From NCBI GenBank assembly GCA_035280025.1, contig DATEGT010000195.1, positions 698 through 64,697 on the forward strand: a stretch of DNA of 64,000 nucleotides, in the 5' to 3' direction. Shown in pieces: positions 19,783 through 28,138 of the stretch; positions within the stretch are counted from its first letter, which is position 1, and each line of letters begins with the position of its first letter. This DNA is from Burkholderiales bacterium (GTDB lineage: Bacteria > Pseudomonadota > Gammaproteobacteria > Burkholderiales > SG8-39). A program made the position numbers and the translations under genes. A model generated the notes under the pieces. That model was not told where the DNA came from. It saw nothing but the letters and a program-made list of their open reading frames with translations, and searched no databases.

Positions 19783-20876
19783 GCGAGACGTACCGGCCTT
19801 ACACGCTGGTCGCCGAGCTGACCTATCGCTGCCCGCTGCGCTGCAGCTATTGCTCGAACCCGATCGACTGGGCGAAGCGCAAGAACGAGCTCGACACCGA
19901 GACTTGGCTGCGCGTGTTCCGCGAAGCCGAGGATTTGGGCGTAGTCGGGCTCAACCTCACCGGCGGCGAGCCGATCCTGCGCAAGGACCTGGAAGAGCTG
20001 ATCGCCGGCGCGAGGAAGCTCGACCTGTACACCAACCTGATCACCAGCGGCATTCCGCTCTCGCGCGATCGGCTCGCGGAATTCCGCGCAGCGGGCCTGG
20101 ACAACGTCCAGGTCTCGGTGCAGGACATCAGCGCGGATCGGTCCGACCGCGTCGCCGGCTTGCAATCCTTCGAAAAGAAACTCGAGGCGTGCGCGTGGGT
20201 GAAGGAGCTCGGGATGCCGCTCACGCTCAACGTCGTCCTCCATCGCGACAACCTCGGAAACGTCGGCGAGATCGTCGCGCTCGCCGAGCGTCTCAAGGCG
20301 GACCGTCTCGAGCTTGCCAACACCCAGTATCTCGGTTGGGCGCTCGTCAACCGGCGCGCGCTCCTGCCGACGCGAGATCAGATCGAGTCCGCCCGCAAGG
20401 TCGCGGCAGCGGCGAGGAAGCGACTCGTCGGACGGATGGAAGTGCTGTTCGTTACGCCCGACTATTACACCGACTATCCCAAGAGCTGCATGGACGGCTG
20501 GGGACGGCGGTTCATCGTCGTGAGCCCCGACGGGCTCGCCCTCCCCTGCCACGCTGCGCATACGCTTCCCGGCGTAAGATTCGACAACGTCCGCGACCGC
20601 GCTCTCGGCGCAATCTGGTCGGAGTCGACAGGGTTCAACGCGTTCCGTGGCGAAGCGTGGATGCCGGAGCCCTGCAGGAGTTGCGCCAAACGCGCGGTCG
20701 ATTACGGCGGTTGCCGCTGCCAGGCCTACCACCTGGCGGGCAACGCTTCGGCTACTGATCCCACGTGCACGCTCGCACCGTCACACGGTCTCATCGAAAC
20801 CGCGCGCACCGAAGCCCTCGCAGGTGAGCCGGCGACCATGCGCTACCGGTCGGTCAGGATAGCGGCGACGAGGTAA
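19779..20876 (+). CDS. pqqE: PQQ biosynthesis radical-SAM protein PqqE
   Basis: TTG 19779 overlaps the pqqD stop (TTGA). Has LVAELTYRCPLRCSYCSNP (CxxxCxxC) and a C-terminal Cys-rich SPASM region. Confidence 0.9.
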   Translation: MSETYRPYTLVAELTYRCPLRCSYCSNPIDWAKRKNELDTETWLRVFREAEDLGVVGLNLTGGEPILRKDLEELIAGARKLDLYTNLITSGIPLSRDRLAEFRAAGLDNVQVSVQDISADRSDRVAGLQSFEKKLEACAWVKELGMPLTLNVVLHRDNLGNVGEIVALAERLKADRLELANTQYLGWALVNRRALLPTRDQIESARKVAAAARKRLVGRMEVLFVTPDYYTDYPKSCMDGWGRRFIVVSPDGLALPCHAAHTLPGVRFDNVRDRALGAIWSESTGFNAFRGEAWMPEPCRSCAKRAVDYGGCRCQAYHLAGNASATDPTCTLAPSHGLIETARTEALAGEPATMRYRSVRIAATR

Positions 20877-20982
20877 AGCGCTGCGCGGCGGCCGAAGTAC
20901 AGGCTCCCGCGGTCAAAGACCGTTCAGCCGCACCACGCGATGGTGTGGCCAAGCGGCCCGGCGAGGCGGTTCATGAGCGTCC

Positions 20983-21639
20983 TCACGGAACATTCTCGCG
21001 GTGCCGGTCGATCCAGTAGGCCCAGGGAGCGAAGATGAGGAGGGCGATGATTCCGAAGATCGCCACCGAATTCTCGCTCGGCGGGCGCGATGCCCACGGA
21101 CCCGGGATGTACAGCGCGAGCAGCAGACACACGAATCCCCACCACGCAAAGGTCCCGGAGCGATCCTTGCCCCGGGTAGCCCGGACGTAGAGCGCGATTC
21201 CCGCGGCGAACAGGAGACCCTCGACCGCGAAAGTCGCGGGTATCGACCGCCACAGACCGAGGCCTAGCTTCTCGGTCCCTCCGGGATAGAGCGGCATGTC
21301 GGGACGGTGGCTGACAAAATCGAGCAGCCAGTGGCTCGCCACCACGATCGCCACCCAGACCGATCCGCCTCGATCGCGGCTCGCGGCGAAATAGACGAGC
21401 GCGAAGGCGATAGACCACGCCAGCGTCATGAGGAGGCTGTGCGACCAGGGATAGTAGGTGAAGTCGAAGGGGTTGATCGCGGTGATTCCCGGCACGATAC
21501 GGAAATGCTCGATGCCTGCGAGCACCAGCACCGGCCATACCACATCGAGGAAGGCCGCGGCGAGCACCAGCGTGCCGAGCGAGACCTTGGGCGCCTTCTT
21601 CTTTGCCGCGAAGGCTACCGCAAAGTGGCCGATGAACAT
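20983..21639 (-). CDS. polytopic membrane protein, possibly YdjM/DUF457-like membrane-bound metal-dependent hydrolase
   Basis: 218 aa, MFIGHFAVAFAAKK...PWSHSLL...SHWLLDFVSH. His-rich motifs sit at membrane boundaries. Family assignment is from memory only. Confidence 0.45.
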   Translation of the reverse strand: MFIGHFAVAFAAKKKAPKVSLGTLVLAAAFLDVVWPVLVLAGIEHFRIVPGITAINPFDFTYYPWSHSLLMTLAWSIAFALVYFAASRDRGGSVWVAIVVASHWLLDFVSHRPDMPLYPGGTEKLGLGLWRSIPATFAVEGLLFAAGIALYVRATRGKDRSGTFAWWGFVCLLLALYIPGPWASRPPSENSVAIFGIIALLIFAPWAYWIDRHRENVP

Positions 21640-21640
21640 C

Positions 21641-22201
21641 TCATCCTCCCAAGAGAGCTCTTTTCAGGTCCCTCGACACCGGGTCGTCACCGAGCCAGAT
21701 CCGAAGCAGCGCGCGATAGAAATCCTCGCCGGCGATGATCTTGCCGCGGGGTTCGCCGTTCAGGACGACGCGCGTCCCCGCCCCGGGGAGCCAATCGAGG
21801 GCGATCACGTCGCCCTCCCTCGCCGATTGCAATCCGTTCATGATGGCGGCGAGCTCGCCCACGCGCTCCTTCAGGGATTCCCGCTCGGCGACGGGCGTGT
21901 TGTCGCGTATACCCTCGTCGAGCGCATCGATGAGCTGCCTTGCGCTCAGATCGCGCATCAGGCGCATCGAGACGCGCTTCGCACCGGGAAGCGCGAGGAC
22001 TTCTTCGGAGCTGGTCTTCTTCTCGACGAGGTACAGGCCTGCGACGTAGACCTTGAAAAAGGCTTTGGTGCGCAAGCCCGCGCCGTTCAGCACGAGGTCG
22101 CTGGCTTCCAGGCGGATACGATCGTCGACCTTGACGCCCGCGACTTCCGCGGCAAGCGCTGGGAGGGAGAGAAAGGCGAGGAGCAGCAGTCCCCTTCGCA
22201 C
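21641..22201 (-). CDS. chalcone-isomerase-like family protein, secreted
   Basis: 186 aa with a GTG start. Signal peptide MRRGLLLLAFLSLPALAA followed by LVLNGAGLRTKAFFKVYVAGLYL, the pattern of bacterial CHI-like proteins. Confidence 0.65.
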   Translation of the reverse strand: MRRGLLLLAFLSLPALAAEVAGVKVDDRIRLEASDLVLNGAGLRTKAFFKVYVAGLYLVEKKTSSEEVLALPGAKRVSMRLMRDLSARQLIDALDEGIRDNTPVAERESLKERVGELAAIMNGLQSAREGDVIALDWLPGAGTRVVLNGEPRGKIIAGEDFYRALLRIWLGDDPVSRDLKRALLGG

Positions 22202-23370
22202 TAGGCGCTTTCGTAGAGGCGCGTGAGCACGAACTCCCGATGCCCCAGAGCCTCGGCCGCGGTGAGCCGCCCGTTGGCGGTGCGGAACATCATCTCCAGC
22301 AACTTGTCGCCCGCCTGGTCCATGTTGATCTCGCGCCGGGTAATGCCGGAAACGTCAACGTCGATGTGCTCTGGCATCAGGCGGACAGTCCGCGGGTTGG
22401 CGCAGATCTTGATCACCGGCAATATCGGATTGCCGATGACATTACCCTGCCCCGTCGGGAAGAAGTGCACCGCATAGCCGCTCGCCGCGCACAGCGTCAC
22501 CATCTCGGCCGCTGCCGAAGACGAGTCCATGAACCACAGCCCGGGCGCGCCGGGAACCTCGGCCTTGTCGAGCACTCCGTCCACCAAGCATTTCTTGCCG
22601 ATTTTCTGGATGTTCCCCAGCGCCTTTTCCTCGATGGTCGTCAGGCCGCCGGCGATATTGCCCTTGGTCGGCTGCGACTCGGACAGATCGCTCGTCTTGT
22701 GGCGATTCACTACTTCCTGATAGCGGTCGAACATGAACATGAAACGCTCGCGTACCGCGGGCGTTCTGCAGCGTTCGGCGACAAGGCGCTCGCCGCCGGT
22801 AAGCTCGGTCGTTTCCCCGAAGACCAGGGTCGCGCCGTGCGGGTACAGCTTGTCGAAGGCGTTACCCACGCAAGGGTTGGCGCCGATTCCGGATGTCGTG
22901 TCGGACTCTCCGCACTTGGTGGACACCCACAAGTCGCAGAGCGGGCGTTCCTCGCGCCGAAGCTCCGAGGCCCACTGGACGTATTCCTTCGTCTTGTGCG
23001 AGGCGCGCCGTATCGTTTCCAGGTCGCCGTTACCCTCGATGCCGAAAAAGGACACGGGCTTTCCGGTCTTCGCGATCCCGTCGGCGACGCGCTTCGCCCA
23101 GCCGTCCTCGATCCCGATCACGATTGCGGCGGCGACGTTGGGATTGGCACCGGTGCCAATCAGCGTGCGGAAATGAAGCTCCAGGTCGGCGCCGAACTGC
23201 AGGCGCCCGTACGGATGGGGGATCGCGAGCGCGCCCTTGATGTTGGCGGCCACGGCCTCGGACACGGCGTTCGACAAGTCGTCCACCGGCAGGACGATCA
23301 CGTGGTTGCGCACGCCGACGCGGCCGTTCTCGCGCCTGTAGCCTTGAAACGTCGCGTTTTTCAGATCCAT
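22201..23370 (-). CDS. UxaA-family dehydratase/hydrolase, large (C-terminal) subunit
   Basis: Start at ATG 23370 preferred ([36 protein letters not shown]). The track's GTG 23382 is also possible. Altronate/galactarate dehydratase-like sequence. Confidence 0.8.
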   Translation of the reverse strand: MDLKNATFQGYRRENGRVGVRNHVIVLPVDDLSNAVSEAVAANIKGALAIPHPYGRLQFGADLELHFRTLIGTGANPNVAAAIVIGIEDGWAKRVADGIAKTGKPVSFFGIEGNGDLETIRRASHKTKEYVQWASELRREERPLCDLWVSTKCGESDTTSGIGANPCVGNAFDKLYPHGATLVFGETTELTGGERLVAERCRTPAVRERFMFMFDRYQEVVNRHKTSDLSESQPTKGNIAGGLTTIEEKALGNIQKIGKKCLVDGVLDKAEVPGAPGLWFMDSSSAAAEMVTLCAASGYAVHFFPTGQGNVIGNPILPVIKICANPRTVRLMPEHIDVDVSGITRREINMDQAGDKLLEMMFRTANGRLTAAEALGHREFVLTRLYESA

Positions 23371-23378
23371 GGCCGTCC

Positions 23379-23660
23379 TCACCAGCGTTTGGTCTTGATG
23401 TTGTGGACGTGCGCGTGTTCGCCCACTTTGATCGGCGCGACAGCCCGGCCGATGTCGACGCCGTACTTGATCACCGTATCGTTCGCAGCGAGCGCGCGGA
23501 TGGCGAGCTTGTGGCCGATGGGTATGTCACTCTGCGCGCGGACTTTGATCTCGCGGTCCTGATCCATGATCCAGCCCGTGAGCTCCTGGCTGGTATTTAC
23601 CCCTTCGACGACGACCACACCTACCGAGTCGCCCTCGTCGTGCACAACGAAATGAATCAT
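23379..23660 (-). CDS. UxaA-family N-terminal SAF-domain small subunit
   Basis: 93 aa from ATG 23660 ([20 protein letters not shown]...[22 protein letters not shown]...GEHAHVHN). The split SAF plus large-subunit arrangement. Confidence 0.8.
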   Translation of the reverse strand: MIHFVVHDEGDSVGVVVVEGVNTSQELTGWIMDQDREIKVRAQSDIPIGHKLAIRALAANDTVIKYGVDIGRAVAPIKVGEHAHVHNIKTKRW

Positions 23661-23680
23661 GGACTCTCCGCCTGAATCCG

Positions 23681-23923
23681 CTAGCGACAAAGCAGGTTGC
23701 CGACGCTGTAGTCGACCGGCTTGGTGCAATCCTGGGCGTTGACTTGGCGCGATGGGTCGGGTTTCGGCGCGGGATACACGCGCGTCTTGCCGTCCGAACC
23801 CGAAGTGTAGTAGTCGACCGCGTCGGAGGCCATTGCGCCGGCGACGATTGCCGTCGCGACGGGAGCGGCGCAACCGGTCAAGCCCGCCACGCTCAGGGCG
23901 ATCAAGGAAGTAAGTCCGCGCAC
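23681..23923 (-). CDS. small lipoprotein of unknown function
   Basis: 80 aa with a GTG start. Lipobox in MRGLTSLIALSVAGLTGC. Lies 20 nt upstream of the SAF-subunit gene. Confidence 0.5.
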   Translation of the reverse strand: MRGLTSLIALSVAGLTGCAAPVATAIVAGAMASDAVDYYTSGSDGKTRVYPAPKPDPSRQVNAQDCTKPVDYSVGNLLCR

Positions 23924-24004
23924 GGCGTTGAGGCTAGCACGCGCCGTTGCGCTTGGCTAGAATCCAAGTCTTCCCCGCGGGCCAGGCCCGCCGGAGTTTC
24001 CGCC

Positions 24005-25225
24005 ATGAACAAGCCCGTCGAATCGCTGCCGGCCGAAAAGCTCGAATATCTCAAGCGCCGCACCGACAAGTACTTCACCAAGTCGCGAAGCATCGTCGAG
24101 AAGTTCGGAGACCGCACAGTCACCTACGGCGTATTCTTGCGGCGCGGCGTGATCTGCGCGGTCAACCCCGCGATCGACATCCTGCGCACGCACTACCCGG
24201 TCACGGTCGCGCCGCTCAAGATAACCCGCCTCTACGAAGAAGGAGCCTTTGTTCCCGATCAGAAAGCGATCTTCACCTATACCGGGTCCTTCGCCGCGCT
24301 CGTGGAGCTCGAAACGCTGATCCTGCAGCGGGTCGGGGTCGCTTGCGTCTCGGCGTACAACGCGTACAAGATGTCGATGAACCTCAAGAAAGTCGCGTTC
24401 ATCGACATGCACGCCCGCCACTCTCCGGGAGACGACTTGTCGCTGCTCGCGGCCTACGGCGCCTCCGTTGGAAGCCGCATGGCAAAGCTGGGAGGCGCAC
24501 TCGGGTTCATCGGCTCCTCGCAGGACCTCACGGCGCATTTCTACGGGCAGGCGGCCGGGATCGGCACGATGCCGCACGGAATCATCGGCTATGCGGGTTC
24601 GACCCTGCGCGCCGCGCAGATGTACGTCGAGACGCTTCCCCAGGACAACCTTACCGTGCTGATCGACTATTTCGCCAGAGAATATTCCGATGCGCTCGAG
24701 GTATGCCGCTGGTGGTACAACGAATACCTTCCGCGCGACGAGACGGGGGCGCGCGCACTAGCGCTGAGGATCGATACCCACGGCGAACGGTACGCCGAAG
24801 GGCTCGACTACGAGAAGTCCGTCGACATCCTGGTGAATTGGCTGCACGTGCCCAACGAGTACGAGGCGGTACGCAACGTCATGGGCGAGGAAGCATTCGA
24901 TGCCGATAGCCTGAACATCGTCAAGGACCGCGTGCGCAAGGTGCTGTTCGGCACCGGCGTATCGGTCGCGTCGGTGATCCAGCTGCGGCAGACGCTGGAC
25001 AGGCAGGGTTTCAACGCGGCCAAGATCGTCGCCTCGTCGGGCTTCAACCTGTTCAAGTGCAAGATGTTCGCCAATGCTCGCGCCCCCCTGGACGTCGTCG
25101 GTACCGGCTCGTTCATTCCGGAGAATTTTCCGGATACGTTCGCCACCGCAGACATCTACATGTATGAGGGCAAGCCCGGAATCAAGGTGGGCCGCGAGAA
25201 ACTGTTCCAAGGCCTGAAACCCTAG
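24005..25225 (+). CDS. type II phosphoribosyltransferase family protein (nicotinate PRTase-like)
   Basis: Start ATG 24005 (MNKPVESLPAEKLEYLKRRTDKYF). Contains ELETLILQRV, GIGTMPHGIIGY and LRIDTHGERY. Resembles archaeal-type NAPRTase but is divergent. Confidence 0.6.
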   Translation: MNKPVESLPAEKLEYLKRRTDKYFTKSRSIVEKFGDRTVTYGVFLRRGVICAVNPAIDILRTHYPVTVAPLKITRLYEEGAFVPDQKAIFTYTGSFAALVELETLILQRVGVACVSAYNAYKMSMNLKKVAFIDMHARHSPGDDLSLLAAYGASVGSRMAKLGGALGFIGSSQDLTAHFYGQAAGIGTMPHGIIGYAGSTLRAAQMYVETLPQDNLTVLIDYFAREYSDALEVCRWWYNEYLPRDETGARALALRIDTHGERYAEGLDYEKSVDILVNWLHVPNEYEAVRNVMGEEAFDADSLNIVKDRVRKVLFGTGVSVASVIQLRQTLDRQGFNAAKIVASSGFNLFKCKMFANARAPLDVVGTGSFIPENFPDTFATADIYMYEGKPGIKVGREKLFQGLKP

Positions 25226-25230
25226 CCTGC

Positions 25231-26262
25231 ATGCTGTTTCCCACGACTCTCGTCGGGAGCTACCCGCAGCCCGAGTGGCTGATTGACAGGAAGAAGCTCT
25301 CCGGGCGATTTCCTCCGCGCGTTCGCGCGAAGGAACTGTGGCGCGTTGCCGAGCCTTTTCTCGCCGAGGCGCAGGATGACGCAACGCTCCTTGCGATACG
25401 GGCGCAGGAGCAGGCGGGCCTGGACATCATCACCGACGGCGAAATCCGCCGCGAAAGCTACTCCAACCGCTTCGCAACGGCTCTGGATGGGGTGGACATC
25501 GACAACCCGGGCTCGGCGCTCGATCGGTCCGGTCACCCCAATCCAGTGCCACGTATCGTCGGGAAGATCCGCCGCCGGCATTCCGTGGAAGTCGCCGACC
25601 TCGAGTTCCTGCGCGCGCACACGCACCGCAAGATCAAGATGACGGTTCCGGGCCCGTTCACCATGTCGCAGCAGGCGCAAAACGATTTCTACACGTCCGA
25701 CGAGGACGCCGCGATGGACTACGCGGTCGCGGTGAACGAGGAGATTCGCGACTTGTTCAGCGCCGGCGCGGACATCGTGCAGATCGACGAGCCCTACATG
25801 CAGGCGCGTCCGGAGAAAGCGAGGGCGTACGGACTGAAGGCCCTGAACCGGGCGCTGGAGGGAGTGCATGGCACGACTGCGGTGCACATCTGCTTCGGAT
25901 ACGCCGCGGTGATCCACAAGCGACCGTCCGGATATTCGTTCCTGGGCGAGCTCGCGGGCTGCTCCTGCGGTCAAGTATCGATCGAGACAGCGCAGTCCAA
26001 CCTCGAATGCTCGGTGCTCAGGTCCCTTCCCGGAAAGAAGATCATCCTGGGGGTGATCGACCTGAACGACATGACGGTCGAAACGCCGGAGAAGGTGGCA
26101 GCGCGCATCCGCCGCGCCCTCCCCTACGCGCATCCCGAGGACATCATCGTCGCTCCCGATTGCGGCATGAAATACCTGCCCCGGGAAGTCGCGTTCGGGA
26201 AAATGAGAGCCCTGGTCGAAGGCGCGAAGATCGTCCGGGCCGAGGCCGAAGGAGCGCCCTAA
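25231..26262 (+). CDS. cobalamin-independent methionine synthase (MetE C-terminal domain)-like protein
   Basis: 343 aa, MLFPTTLVGSYPQPEWL...ITDGEIRRESY...VHICFGY. A stand-alone MetE-C/CIMS-type domain. Confidence 0.75.
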   Translation: MLFPTTLVGSYPQPEWLIDRKKLSGRFPPRVRAKELWRVAEPFLAEAQDDATLLAIRAQEQAGLDIITDGEIRRESYSNRFATALDGVDIDNPGSALDRSGHPNPVPRIVGKIRRRHSVEVADLEFLRAHTHRKIKMTVPGPFTMSQQAQNDFYTSDEDAAMDYAVAVNEEIRDLFSAGADIVQIDEPYMQARPEKARAYGLKALNRALEGVHGTTAVHICFGYAAVIHKRPSGYSFLGELAGCSCGQVSIETAQSNLECSVLRSLPGKKIILGVIDLNDMTVETPEKVAARIRRALPYAHPEDIIVAPDCGMKYLPREVAFGKMRALVEGAKIVRAEAEGAP

Positions 26263-26361
26263 CGGTCAAAGGTGTTGGCCGGCCCCTAAAGCAGTCCAAA
26301 AGCAGGACGAATGTCCGCCCTTAGTTCTCCTAAGAACCAAGGACATACGGCCACAAATCAA

Positions 26362-26390
26362 TTTACAAAGTTAATATTTTGGTCTATCAT
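26362..26390 (+). promoter_or_regulatory. near-consensus sigma-70 promoter (TTTACA-N17-TATCAT)
   Basis: TTTACA at 26362..26367, a 17-nt AT-rich spacer, TATCAT at 26385..26390. Lies in the most AT-rich patch of the window, about 160 nt upstream of the lipoprotein ATG. Confidence 0.5.
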
Positions 26391-26548
26391 GTTGGGTCCC
26401 AAAGGGTAATCATCGCAAAGGCAAACCCTGAGGGTCGCGTGAGCGGTGCTTTTTGTCGGTGGGAGCCGTAAATCCGCCCGAGGGGGCCCTATTTCCTTGT
26501 ACCCCCTTCGGCGTTTCGTGTGGAATAGCGCGTTCGTAGGGGGGAGTC

Positions 26549-28069
26549 ATGAGAAGTCAAAGCAGAGCCATCGTTGCGGCCCTATTTATGGTCGCTGGGG
26601 CGCTTGCAGGCTGCTCGAGCGACACCACGACCACTTCTTCGTGCGGCCTCGGACCAGGCTGTGCCACCGGCGGCACTTTGGGTGGCGGCACCACCACCGG
26701 CGGGACGACTACGGGCGGCACGACCACCGGTGGGACGACCACCGGCGGGACGACCACGGGTGGGACGACCACTGGCGGCACGACCACTGGCGGCACGACC
26801 ACTGGCGGGACCACCAACCCGGCCGGAGGAATCGCCTTCGTTTCCGCCACCCCCGCGGCGATCGGCGTTCAAGGTTCGGGCCAGCCCACCACATCGGCGG
26901 TGGTTTTCAAGGTCACCGACGCTGCCGGCGCTGCCGCCCCCGGCGCCATCGTCAACTTCGTCATGTCGGGCCCCAGCGGAGGAACGTACATCGGCACGCC
27001 GAACGACGGCACCCCGACGACCGCGAGCGGAGTTACGGACGGGAGCGGCAACGTCACGGTGATCCTGAACAGCGGGAACGTGGCGGGTCCGGTCACCATA
27101 TCCGCGACGGTGTCGGCGGGCGCCGCGAGCTTTTCTGCTTCGTCCTCGGTAATATCGATCGGCGGCGCAGTGCCCTCTGCAAGTCACCTGAGCCTCTCCG
27201 CCTCGGTACTCAACTTGCCAGGGCTGGTACGCATCGATAACATCCAGAGCAAGGTGCTCGTGCTGGTGGCAGATCGCTTCACCAACGCAACCATTCTTGC
27301 CGGAACGGTTGTGTCTTTCTACACGGAAGCGGGCGCTGTCGGAGCCAGCACGGTTCTCGACAATACGGGGGCCGGGACTGTGCAACTCCGCACGCAGCTT
27401 CCCATTCCGATCGACACTGCTCCCCTGGGCGCGCCCAACCCCGAGGACGGCCTGTCCAGGCTGATCGCGGTGGTGCGCGGCGAGGAGGCGTTCACCGATG
27501 TGAACGGCAACGGGGTCTTCGATCTCGGCGAGCCCTTCGTGGATGCGGCCAGCGAGCCCTTCATCGACGCCAACGACAACGGCGTCTGGGATCCGGGCGA
27601 GTTCTACGTCGACACCAACGGGAATGGAGTGTTCGACGGACCGAACGGGGTGTGGGACGGCCCGGGCTGCCCGCAGGCCGGCTGCATTACGAGCCCGACC
27701 ATTTGGACCTCCATGAACATCCTGTTCACCAGCAACCCGGCGAACTGCTCGATCTCGCCGTCCACGTTCGGCCCGCTCGCGAAAGGAGGCCTGCAGTCGT
27801 TCACGTTCACGATGAGCGACTTCAACGGGAATCCGCCGATCGCCGGCACCAGCGTTTCGTTCGCCACGACCAACGGGTCGCTCACGGGCGCGACGGGCTT
27901 CACCGTGCCGGATACGAACGTTGCGGGCCCCTACACGGTAAGCTTCAACTTGAGCAACACGAATGCAGGGGCCGCGGTCGGGGCTACGGTTTCGGCGACC
28001 GTTACGCCAAGTCCGGGAGAAACGGTCCAGGCGACGTGCAATCCCACTAGCACGGGCACCCTGAACTAG
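26549..28069 (+). CDS. surface/periplasmic lipoprotein with Thr/Gly linker, Ig-like (Big_1-type) domains and DxNGNG calcium-binding-like repeats
   Basis: 506 aa, SD GGGGGGAG. Lipobox in MRSQSRAIVAALFMVAGALAGC. (GGTTT)x8 linker. Invasin-like segments (VVFKVTDAAG...VNF, VTISATV). DVNGNGVFD, DANDNGVWD and DTNGNGVFD repeats. Confidence 0.8.
   Translation: MRSQSRAIVAALFMVAGALAGCSSDTTTTSSCGLGPGCATGGTLGGGTTTGGTTTGGTTTGGTTTGGTTTGGTTTGGTTTGGTTTGGTTNPAGGIAFVSATPAAIGVQGSGQPTTSAVVFKVTDAAGAAAPGAIVNFVMSGPSGGTYIGTPNDGTPTTASGVTDGSGNVTVILNSGNVAGPVTISATVSAGAASFSASSSVISIGGAVPSASHLSLSASVLNLPGLVRIDNIQSKVLVLVADRFTNATILAGTVVSFYTEAGAVGASTVLDNTGAGTVQLRTQLPIPIDTAPLGAPNPEDGLSRLIAVVRGEEAFTDVNGNGVFDLGEPFVDAASEPFIDANDNGVWDPGEFYVDTNGNGVFDGPNGVWDGPGCPQAGCITSPTIWTSMNILFTSNPANCSISPSTFGPLAKGGLQSFTFTMSDFNGNPPIAGTSVSFATTNGSLTGATGFTVPDTNVAGPYTVSFNLSNTNAGAAVGATVSATVTPSPGETVQATCNPTSTGTLN
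26684..26818 (+). repeat. in-frame 15-bp tandem repeat, about 9 copies, encoding (GGTTT)n
   Basis: GGN GGN ACN ACN ACN repeated, with synonymous differences between copies. Produces a PPVVV shadow ORF on the opposite strand. Confidence 0.9.
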
Positions 28070-28107
28070 CCGACGGGCAACCCGCGGTCACCGAAACGCG
28101 TCTCGAG

Positions 28108-28138
28108 CCGGCCCCTGCGACAGGGCCGGTTCTGTTTT
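28108..28138 (+). terminator. rho-independent terminator after the lipoprotein gene
   Basis: CCGGCCC (28108..14), an 8-nt loop, GGGCCGG (28123..29), followed by TTCTGTTTT. Confidence 0.6.

Noticed and set aside
26414-26427. Calling a c-di-GMP-I riboswitch as an ncRNA feature
   Set aside because: Only a short CGCAAAGGCAAACC resemblance was found. I could not reconstruct the P1/P2/P3 architecture or a GNRA tetraloop-receptor pair. It is kept as a hypothesis in the findings and not annotated as a feature.
26684-26818. Tandem 15-bp repeats as a possible CRISPR array or minisatellite
   Set aside because: The units are contiguous with no spacers. They are in frame within a well-supported CDS and vary only at synonymous positions. 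This is a coding linker, not CRISPR.
26557-26850. 97-aa minus-strand ORF with a striking (PPVVV)n repeat
   Set aside because: It is the antisense shadow of the (GGTTT)n 15-bp repeat in the plus-strand lipoprotein gene. That gene has a signal peptide, lipobox, SD and promoter. The antisense ORF has none of these.
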